From the IMG/VR virus record IMGVR_UViG_3300008259_000147, positions 1 to 64,000 of that record: 64,000 nt of DNA. One strand, given 5' to 3'. Positions 56,173-64,000 of this stretch are shown piece by piece. Within the stretch, counting starts at the first letter, position 1; each line of letters begins with the position of its first letter. A program made the translations under genes and the position numbers. Source of the DNA: a virus. Below the pieces are notes generated by a model. The model was not told the DNA's origin. It saw only the letters and a program-made list of their open reading frames with translations, and searched no databases.

Positions 56173-59100
56173 TAGAAGTTTATAGTTACTGAGTTAATAA
56201 ATGGACAACTAGGGTTTTGTGGATTATCAAATGTAAACAGAAGTACATCTCCATTACTTAAGTTAACACTATCTGCTTTAATTACAAATGCTAACATTGA
56301 GTTTAGTGTATTGTAAGTAGGGAATGTTGCTAAGTTAGTATAACTTGGAACATCATAGATAGTACTTGTTGTAGTGTTCTCAACAGACAATAAAGTGTTA
56401 GATGTACTAAACATTGTAAACTCTATAATCTCATTTGCATTTACTGTAATGTTAGATCCACCAGGAATACTTGCCCAAGTAGTATCAGTGTTTACTTTCC
56501 ATTGACCAAATGTATCAGAAAGATTACTAAATGAGTAAAGATCATATGTATCAGTTGCACTAGTTAAACCATCACTTGATGTAATGTTTAGATAATCGTG
56601 CGTATCATCTTGATAAGTTCTGTTACCAAGATCTAATCTAAACCATAATCTAGTGGGAGTATCTGTAAGAGCATATGCACTAAAATAAGGAACACCATAT
56701 GCATTTTCTAATGTAAATACAGTACTTAATTTATTATAAGGATTTGTCATTCTGTTAAATGAACTACTTCTAACTAAGCTATTAGTTATTGTACTAAATA
56801 CATAAACAGGTTCTGTAGGGTTATTAGAGTACAAATAAATTTCATCTGTATCTTCAGAGTATTGGAATCTTCCACCAAAACTATCAGGATTTCCCCAAAT
56901 ATCTAATAAACCATTTATAAATGATAAATCAATTGTTGCTATTGTTGCTAATGTAGCATCATCTAATACTTTAATTACATAGTTGCCACTAAGAGAAACT
57001 GAACCATCGCTAACATATGTACCTGGAGATGCTCCTGTATAAGATATCTCAAATCCAGTAGGATCTGCTGCTATAATAGGCACTCTAGTTAAATTAAATG
57101 TTGAAGGAATTATCCCACTAATGCTAATAACTTTTCCAACTGCAAAACTGTTAGGTATATCATATCTAATAGTTTGAGCAATAGGATTATATGTAACACC
57201 TGTAATTCCAGAAATAGTACAAGATGGATTTTTGCTACCCATTACCCAATAAGTATTTTGAGTAGGAACATGAAGTAAAAATGCATTACTTAATTGTCCA
57301 TGACCTCTGCCTACAGATGGTGTTCCCAAACCACGAAATAATTGATCAGGTGTAGCAACACATGGTGAACTTGTAATTCCTGTTGTATATACTTTAGGAT
57401 TTTCTCTCTGTGTAAATAAATCATCTGATTCATACTTTAATACAAATGTAGTTCCTGCATTATTGTATCCTGTTATACCATTACCTGCACCAGTTCCTGT
57501 AAGAATAATACTTCCTTTATTATCTATTGCCATGCTTCCAAAATTACTTGCTGTATAAATACTAGCCCATACTGCATCTATTACAGTACCACCACTTGTA
57601 TATGTAGCAGTTGCATTATAGTCATTAGCAATAGTAAATGTAGTTGGAGTTACTGAAAGAATAGTTGCATAAGTAGTTGAACTAGTATTGCTATTTGGAA
57701 AGTTTAATTCATCTACTGGAGAACTTACAATTCCTGATATTTTAACAACTTCCCCCACTGCATAATGATGAGGAAATATTCCATTATACCCAGCATTAAT
57801 AGCATTAGGTCTTACACTATATGTAATTGTATTAAGAACATTATCTATAGATACATCATATACAGTTGTTTGTTTTCCACTTAAATATGTACTTACAGCT
57901 AGTCCTCCTATATTTGATGCAACATTATATTTACCAGTAATACCATTATCATTTACACCATATGAACCAACTAAGTTATTGGGATTAATTACATAAAATT
58001 GAGCACTTACATTACTTTGAGTTATAGGAATTGTAATAACTCTTTCATTAAAAGAATCATAAGCTATATAAGAAAATTGACTATATGCATCTAAAATTGT
58101 TCTTTTAGATTGAACTAATGAACCATTAGATTGAATATTCCATATCCTAATTAACTTACTAGCAGGACAATCTCCTGCAGCTCCTGTACCCCATATTTGA
58201 GCAACACCAGATTCAGTGTGTGATTCTGACATATAGATTTGATCAGAAACAGCTTTTTTCCAAAATATTCTACCATTAGAATCTACTTTAATTCCTAATC
58301 CACCATAGCAATAATCAGTGTTATAATCATTTATTCCAAAAAATTCACCATGATAATTAAGATTATAAGAAGTGGCTGCTCCAGAATAAGAACTAACACC
58401 TGTACCTACTAATGCTTGATCTACAGTATTAGTTGCATAATCGTACACAAATAAGTTTGCTACATCATAAACATATTTAAGTTCTGTACTAAATGTTTGT
58501 TGTAAGTAATTCATTACAACAAACTTTCCTCCACCTATATGAGTTGCTCCTTGTATTCTTTCTATGCCACCCTGCAATCTAGATAAAGGTGAAGCAGGAC
58601 CATATTCATATCCATCAAATTTTTCATATACAGAAGGAACAATTTCAACATTCCATGCTTCTGTAACAACATTGTATTGATAAAAATTTCTTGTGTACTT
58701 TCCAGTAAAGTATAAGAAATCAGAATCCATTGATATCTGACCACAAATGTTTTCATCCCATAATCCAGAGCCTGCTATAACACCTACTTGAGCTGTTTGA
58801 TTAAATACATAAATATTCATATCATCAACATCAGATCTTGCATCTCTAGCAATACCATATACTAAATTTGAATTAGGATCTGCCACCATTTGTAATGATC
58901 CATCTACCTGAGTAGTAGTACCAGGAAAATCTTTATACAGTTGAATAGTAATTATAGGAGAACCTGAACTAGGAATTACTTGAACCACTCCACCATCAAG
59001 GGACACAAATACTTTATTATTATTTGTATTATAACAAGTACCACCATCTTTTATTTCATAAAGTAAGTACTCACTTGTATCATCTAATCCCTGAAGAAAG

Positions 59101-61811
59101 TTAATTTGTTTGTCTATCCTATTGCTATTTACATATAAACGTCTGCCATAGCTATCAGGAACAACATAAGTTGGATTTAGAACTGGAGTAGCAATAAATC
59201 CATTGGATCCTCCATTTCTTCCATTCTCAATTAAATACCTAGCAGTATTTTCCCAACTTCTAGAAGTAAAGTTTTCATTATAATCAACTATAAGATAACT
59301 ACTAAATAGTCCATAACTATCTCCTGATAAAGAAGCAAATGTAGAATATGTAACATTTGTTGCTGTTAAAGTACTATCAATTGCTGCTGATATTGCAATA
59401 GTATCTCCTGATATTCCTCGTAAATTATAATAAGGATCTCCTGCATCATAATATGTTTTAAATCCTAATTGTTGTGTATCAAAATTATATACCTTAAAAA
59501 ATCCTGTATCATATGAATTGCCTACAGGCCAATTTTTTGTACTATCTTGAAATAACTCTGATCTAACACCATCATTGCGCCCTACTACCCAATTAGGTAC
59601 TCCCGTAGGACATGGTGGAGCAACAGGGCCACCAGCAATACAAGCACAAGGCATTGTAGAACAAAGTATAGGTTGTTCAGGAGGTGCACTTGTAATAGTA
59701 CCCATTGCTGCAGTTGGTCCAGTTGTTATATTATTCCAAGCTGTAATATTACCTCTTTTTAAATAATTAGTTTGAGCATAAGTACCTACATGACCCACAC
59801 TCCAAGTCCCCACTAATGGATTTAATACAATACGAAAGTTGTTAGATGAACCATCAGTAAATACATACAAGTAATTATCTGTAGTATTATACTCCATTAA
59901 TCTTATAGGAGTTGTAGGACCATTAAATAGAAGAGAAAGATCTTGACTATCTACAAAAGTAGTTCCATTATACACTGATACTGTAGTGTTATCTGCAACA
60001 TAAATATATCCTGTATTAGAATTAGTTGCAATGTTTAAAGAGTAGTCTCCACCACTAACAATATGATCTAAAGAATATACAGTAGTAGGTGGTGCTTGTT
60101 CAACTAATGCCATTGTCCAAATAGGTATATCAATATCGTGACCATAACTAGTTGGAGGATCTACAAGATTAACATCTGATGCTATAATTTCTGCAGTAGT
60201 TGATGTATAATATGATGCATATAAAAAGTCATTATAACTTACAGAAGAAGAAGTTGCATATGCAAGTGAACCAGCTTGTGAAATTTGAGGAATATCAGGA
60301 CCTCCTTTTGTAAGGATATTAGGTCCTTCAAATATTACAGATGCACTTGTATAAGTAGAATCAGGCACATCTATTTTAAGATATGGTAATCCTGCAATTA
60401 CTACTGCAGATGCTGTATAAACACCAGCATTGTTAATTGCAGTTGCAATTTGAGTTAATGCTTGAATTAAAGTAAGGCCTGAATAGTTTTGATTAGTTAG
60501 TATAATAACATTTTGTGCAGGTTGCAAGTCTACAGTAATAGTCATATTATCAGTAAGTTCTGCATACCCTGATGCAGTGCCACCTGTTTGATAAGTACCT
60601 GCAGGAGTAAAAGATCCAACTGTGAATGAATTGGGAGTTGCTGCAGTAATTGTTTTAGAAGTTGTTGCAAAAGCAAAAGTATCTGGATTTATACTATTTA
60701 CAAATACTTCTTGTCCTACAGTAAACGCATTAATACCACCTGTGTAGGTATAAGTAGTGCTACCACCTGATACTACAGCATTTGTAATAGTATATCCTAA
60801 TGCAGTACCACCACCTGGCGCAGTTGTTTGAATCTTAATAGGAGCATAGATATTATAACTTCCATTACTTGAGGTAATGGGATTACCTGCATTATCTAAT
60901 AATGGTAGAGCAGGTGATACTCCATCAGATGTACTAAATGAAAAAGTATAATCATTAACATTTGTTGTACCTGTACCATCACCTATTGTGAAATTTACTA
61001 ATCCTGTCAAAGGATCAAAGCAAATAGCACTACTTAATAAAGTAATATCAGGATCAGGACTATTAGTAAAAGTATATACTGGGGCTGATGGGGCTAAAGT
61101 ACAAGTAGTATCAACAGTACTAAAGTTAATAGTTACACCTAATGCAACTGTATCAATTATAGTTGTAAGCTGAAACTTGTATGTATTTCCTTGTCTAAAT
61201 AAAAGAGGATCTGTTGTAGTACCATCACATAAGAAAGGATTAAATCCCACCATAGTGTCTAATCCATAGTATCCCACACCTGATGCACCTGTATTTGGTA
61301 CAGTATAATCTAGAATTTGCTTAACACAACTTACAATATTTGGTGTAGTACAGCCATCTGCTATTTGATAAGATGTTCTACCAATAGGTATGGCAGTAGG
61401 GCCAGCACCACAATCATCTAAAAATCTATCATCAAATGTAGTATCATATACAAGTATTTCTGTATTTGTTACATGAGTGGCATCAGGATAGTTTACAGAA
61501 TAAAACATAGTTTGTTCTGAGTTTACAACTGGCCCTTGCCAAAATGATATTATAGGACACACTATATTTATATAGGTAGCTTCATCTACATAAGATCCCC
61601 CACCTACGCAAGACTTAGTAACAGCTACTCTATAGATTGTATTAGGATTTAATCCTGTAATTGTATAAGTAGTTGTTGTAGAAGGAAGAGGAGTTGTATT
61701 AGCAAGTACCCAATTATTTAATCCACTGGCATCCCATACTTTGTATAGTACATCATACTCATCAGTTGGTAATTGATTTATAGGGAGGGCCCAAGTTAGT
61801 GTAATATCCAT
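56172..61811 (-). CDS. Large beta-rich adhesin/tail-appendage protein (1879 aa)
   Basis: N-terminal FnIII (ITLTW...YTITGLNPNTIYRVAV); propeller-like blades ('YNTTDNYLYV', 'YNTNNNKVFV', 'DPNSNLVY'); three repeated beta modules. Confidence 0.6.
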   Translation of the reverse strand: MDITLTWALPINQLPTDEYDVLYKVWDASGLNNWVLANTTPLPSTTTTYTITGLNPNTIYRVAVTKSCVGGGSYVDEATYINIVCPIISFWQGPVVNSEQTMFYSVNYPDATHVTNTEILVYDTTFDDRFLDDCGAGPTAIPIGRTSYQIADGCTTPNIVSCVKQILDYTVPNTGASGVGYYGLDTMVGFNPFLCDGTTTDPLLFRQGNTYKFQLTTIIDTVALGVTINFSTVDTTCTLAPSAPVYTFTNSPDPDITLLSSAICFDPLTGLVNFTIGDGTGTTNVNDYTFSFSTSDGVSPALPLLDNAGNPITSSNGSYNIYAPIKIQTTAPGGGTALGYTITNAVVSGGSTTYTYTGGINAFTVGQEVFVNSINPDTFAFATTSKTITAATPNSFTVGSFTPAGTYQTGGTASGYAELTDNMTITVDLQPAQNVIILTNQNYSGLTLIQALTQIATAINNAGVYTASAVVIAGLPYLKIDVPDSTYTSASVIFEGPNILTKGGPDIPQISQAGSLAYATSSSVSYNDFLYASYYTSTTAEIIASDVNLVDPPTSYGHDIDIPIWTMALVEQAPPTTVYSLDHIVSGGDYSLNIATNSNTGYIYVADNTTVSVYNGTTFVDSQDLSLLFNGPTTPIRLMEYNTTDNYLYVFTDGSSNNFRIVLNPLVGTWSVGHVGTYAQTNYLKRGNITAWNNITTGPTAAMGTITSAPPEQPILCSTMPCACIAGGPVAPPCPTGVPNWVVGRNDGVRSELFQDSTKNWPVGNSYDTGFFKVYNFDTQQLGFKTYYDAGDPYYNLRGISGDTIAISAAIDSTLTATNVTYSTFASLSGDSYGLFSSYLIVDYNENFTSRSWENTARYLIENGRNGGSNGFIATPVLNPTYVVPDSYGRRLYVNSNRIDKQINFLQGLDDTSEYLLYEIKDGGTCYNTNNNKVFVSLDGGVVQVIPSSGSPIITIQLYKDFPGTTTQVDGSLQMVADPNSNLVYGIARDARSDVDDMNIYVFNQTAQVGVIAGSGLWDENICGQISMDSDFLYFTGKYTRNFYQYNVVTEAWNVEIVPSVYEKFDGYEYGPASPLSRLQGGIERIQGATHIGGGKFVVMNYLQQTFSTELKYVYDVANLFVYDYATNTVDQALVGTGVSSYSGAATSYNLNYHGEFFGINDYNTDYCYGGLGIKVDSNGRIFWKKAVSDQIYMSESHTESGVAQIWGTGAAGDCPASKLIRIWNIQSNGSLVQSKRTILDAYSQFSYIAYDSFNERVITIPITQSNVSAQFYVINPNNLVGSYGVNDNGITGKYNVASNIGGLAVSTYLSGKQTTVYDVSIDNVLNTITYSVRPNAINAGYNGIFPHHYAVGEVVKISGIVSSPVDELNFPNSNTSSTTYATILSVTPTTFTIANDYNATATYTSGGTVIDAVWASIYTASNFGSMAIDNKGSIILTGTGAGNGITGYNNAGTTFVLKYESDDLFTQRENPKVYTTGITSSPCVATPDQLFRGLGTPSVGRGHGQLSNAFLLHVPTQNTYWVMGSKNPSCTISGITGVTYNPIAQTIRYDIPNSFAVGKVISISGIIPSTFNLTRVPIIAADPTGFEISYTGASPGTYVSDGSVSLSGNYVIKVLDDATLATIATIDLSFINGLLDIWGNPDSFGGRFQYSEDTDEIYLYSNNPTEPVYVFSTITNSLVRSSSFNRMTNPYNKLSTVFTLENAYGVPYFSAYALTDTPTRLWFRLDLGNRTYQDDTHDYLNITSSDGLTSATDTYDLYSFSNLSDTFGQWKVNTDTTWASIPGGSNITVNANEIIEFTMFSTSNTLLSVENTTTSTIYDVPSYTNLATFPTYNTLNSMLAFVIKADSVNLSNGDVLLFTFDNPQNPSCPFINSVTINF

Positions 61812-61827
61812 TTTATCTTTTATTTAT

Positions 61828-62130
61828 TTATTCAACTATTTGCCAATAGACTGTACCATTGTCATTTATGTTAGTACTGCGTATCTCAAAACTTACATTA
61901 GGAATGGTGTTAGGAGAATATACATATAAGTTACCAATTAAAGTGGTAGTATCTTGATTTCTTGTTATCAATACAGCCTTGCCTGCATTGAAAGTATTTA
62001 CTGTTACTTTACCTAGTGCAATATCAGCAAAGCCTGATGTCTCATAGTTTACATCAGGAGTTATCTCAACATTTGTGAGTTCTTGTTCTCCTGTTATAGG
62101 ATTTAAAGTATATGTTTCTATTCTTGCCAT
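61828..62130 (-). CDS. Small fibre-associated structural protein (100 aa)
   Basis: TAATG-coupled to the fibre gene; beta-rich, ends 'FEIRSTN..D.GTVYWQIV'. Confidence 0.55.
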   Translation of the reverse strand: MARIETYTLNPITGEQELTNVEITPDVNYETSGFADIALGKVTVNTFNAGKAVLITRNQDTTTLIGNLYVYSPNTIPNVSFEIRSTNINDNGTVYWQIVE

Positions 62131-64000
62131 TATGAGTAAAAATATACTGCTGGTACTGTAGTAGTTAACAATGATAAAGTTAATGCACTAGTATTTGCAG
62201 GAAGTGCTGCATAAGTAAATGTGCCACTATAATGTGTATAATTAGCATTGTTTCCGCCAGCAGGTGCTAAGCTGGCTAATGGATATAAGTTAGATACTGG
62301 ATGACTGCTAAATGTAACATTTGCTACAGAGTTATTTACTGAACATAACCATGCTACTCCTGCTGGTAAAGTTCCACTTAGACCTGTTAAAGTTTTTCCT
62401 GCTATTGAATCACATGTAAATTCACCACTATCTAATATTAAAGCACTAGGGTAACCATTTACATCTGAATAAATTCCAAGTCTTCCTCTACTTCCTGCTG
62501 TACCTGCATTAGTTACATTGCACCCAAGCCTTGTAACAGTGATAGCATTTGCTATGTATATTTTGTAAAATTTAATTATGTTTCCAGGTAATGAGATAGT
62601 AGATAAACTGCCACCACCTTGCACTCCTAAGTTCCAATAACCTGCTGTAACATAATTAGGTTTGCTATTAAATGTAGTCCAATCAGTACTACTCAAATAA
62701 CCATTAGTTGATGTTGTTGCTTGAGTAATAGCAAGAGTTCTATCAGAACTTAAACTACCACCACCTGTTAAAGGTGCTGTTGTATTAATCAATAATGCAG
62801 GACTAACAGGTGTATAACCTAATATTGTCGCAATAGATGCAGTTTTCCATTGTGTAACTGCACTATCAAAATATAATGTATTTCTATCTGCAGGACTCTG
62901 AGCTTGTACATCATGCAACTCTTTTAACTCATAACCATTCTGTACTTTAACATACATTCTTCCTGCTGCACCATTTGATGCAGTAGTAACATAACCAAGA
63001 TAAACTAAATGATTAGGAGCATATGGTTTTACATTGGTAATAGTTCCTGCTGTTGCACCTAAGTAGATATAATCTCCATCTGCCCATGTAGCTGTTGGAA
63101 ACAATGTAAGTCCATCTAATTGTCCTTGTACTATAACAAGTCCTTTCTGATTAGCACCAATAGATGTAGATTGAACTACACCAATTGTCTGAGCAGATGT
63201 TCCATCAGTTGTGTTGTATGCTAACTTAACTTTTATTCTATCTCCTTGTCCACCGAATACATATACAGGTTGACCTTTGTTGATGGTGATAGATTCAGCA
63301 TTGGTTACATACGCAAGGAGAGTGTTAGGTGCTGTACCTATACATTGGAATCCTACTAATGTAGCATTATATACTAATAGCATCTCTGCCCCATTCACAA
63401 TATCACCACCAATTAATGCACCATCATTGTTTCTGTATAATGCAACCGCACCTAATCCATTAATATCAATAGTTGCACTTGTTGTATTACCATTGATAAA
63501 CCTAATCAGATAACAATCTCCATCTGCATAGCCTATTACTCCTGTAATAGTAGTTGTGTAAGTATCAGTTCCTGCTGCCGTTCCTTTAGTAATACTTCCA
63601 CTAACATTAGCACTCAAAGTAGTGCCTGATAAAGTAAGACCTGACCCTACAGTAATCTCTTCCATTATACCTGCTGTCACAGAGTTTCTACCTACTAACT
63701 TTCCTTTATCAACTGAAGAAGAAATATCAGGAGTAGTTCCTCCACTAGAAGTTAATAGACCTGTTGCTGTTACTGCTGTAACTCCACCACCTCCACCTGA
63801 AGCAGCAATAGTAACATCTACTTTATTATTTGTAGGATCATCTACTGCAGTAATTGTAATATTAGTTCCTTCAATAAAGTTTAAAGTTGGTTCTTGCCCT
63901 ACGTCTACTCCATTTTTCTGAACTTTTGTATCAGAACCACTTTGAAGCATTTTGATTAATTGCTCTAATAAATCATCTCTATCAGTTGCAATAGGAAATG
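62130..64000 (-). CDS. Tail fibre protein, probably 5'-truncated by the window edge
   Basis: Frame stays open from 63950 to the edge (...FPIATDRDDLLEQLIK-MLQSG). G/T/S-rich fibre motifs: LNFIEG.NI, VGSGLTLSGTTL, NGYEL.ELHDV, TAPLTGGG, NGYLSSTDW.TFN.K. Confidence 0.8.
   Translation of the reverse strand, partial: FPIATDRDDLLEQLIKMLQSGSDTKVQKNGVDVGQEPTLNFIEGTNITITAVDDPTNNKVDVTIAASGGGGGVTAVTATGLLTSSGGTTPDISSSVDKGKLVGRNSVTAGIMEEITVGSGLTLSGTTLSANVSGSITKGTAAGTDTYTTTITGVIGYADGDCYLIRFINGNTTSATIDINGLGAVALYRNNDGALIGGDIVNGAEMLLVYNATLVGFQCIGTAPNTLLAYVTNAESITINKGQPVYVFGGQGDRIKVKLAYNTTDGTSAQTIGVVQSTSIGANQKGLVIVQGQLDGLTLFPTATWADGDYIYLGATAGTITNVKPYAPNHLVYLGYVTTASNGAAGRMYVKVQNGYELKELHDVQAQSPADRNTLYFDSAVTQWKTASIATILGYTPVSPALLINTTAPLTGGGSLSSDRTLAITQATTSTNGYLSSTDWTTFNSKPNYVTAGYWNLGVQGGGSLSTISLPGNIIKFYKIYIANAITVTRLGCNVTNAGTAGSRGRLGIYSDVNGYPSALILDSGEFTCDSIAGKTLTGLSGTLPAGVAWLCSVNNSVANVTFSSHPVSNLYPLASLAPAGGNNANYTHYSGTFTYAALPANTSALTLSLLTTTVPAVYFYS

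Larger units (their letters stand above)
1..64000 (-). mobile_element. Segment of a large crAss-like (Crassvirales-type) bacteriophage genome: tail, cargo and virion-RNAP module
   Basis: Single-strand gene array with no housekeeping genes. Ring proteins, stabilisation protein, cargo proteins and three giant proteins (one with an RIP...GSDLDID two-barrel RNAP site) follow the gene order known for crAss-like phages. A-rich translation starts without obvious Shine-Dalgarno fit a Bacteroidota host. Confidence 0.9.

Noticed and set aside
538-63921. All other short plus-strand ORFs and nested minus-strand ORFs in the track
   Set aside because: They lie within long genes on the opposite strand or in alternative frames, many have non-ATG starts, and none has a recognisable motif.
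63948-63950. ATG at 63950 as the tail-fibre start
   Set aside because: The frame is open to the window edge with plausible protein sequence, so the true start is probably outside.
1-64000. Stop-codon reassignment as in some crAss-like phages
   Set aside because: Genes up to 15.7 kb are uninterrupted in the standard code and tile the window almost completely.
55195-64000. Diversity-generating retroelement acting on fibre genes
   Set aside because: No reverse transcriptase and no template/variable repeat pair visible in this window.

Overview
The whole window is the late (structural) half of a large, AT-rich, crAss-like (Crassvirales-type) podophage, most likely of a Bacteroidota host. All credible genes lie on the minus strand, tightly packed and often coupled by TAATG/ATGA overlaps, in the standard genetic code. 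Gene order in transcription direction (right to left): tail-fibre/adhesin genes, metallophosphoesterase, IHF-like protein, lysozyme, two ring/tail-tube proteins, a small zincin, the tail stabilisation ('muzzle'-like) protein, a block of putative cargo proteins, three giant ejection proteins (the middle one a 5242-aa virion RNA polymerase polyprotein), then small basic proteins and a c-type cytochrome-like lipoprotein. Main candidate novel systems: (1) a cargo cassette system in which a recurrent x-x-x-Gly-Gly(-x-L-x-K-A-Q-x-G) linker delimits enzyme modules (zincins, lysozymes, an ART-like domain, a TonB-box/membrane module) across three proteins; (2) an apparent head-to-tail cysteine code that could chain the three otherwise Cys-poor giant ejection proteins in gene order. 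Family assignments come from motif recognition only; no database searches were run.
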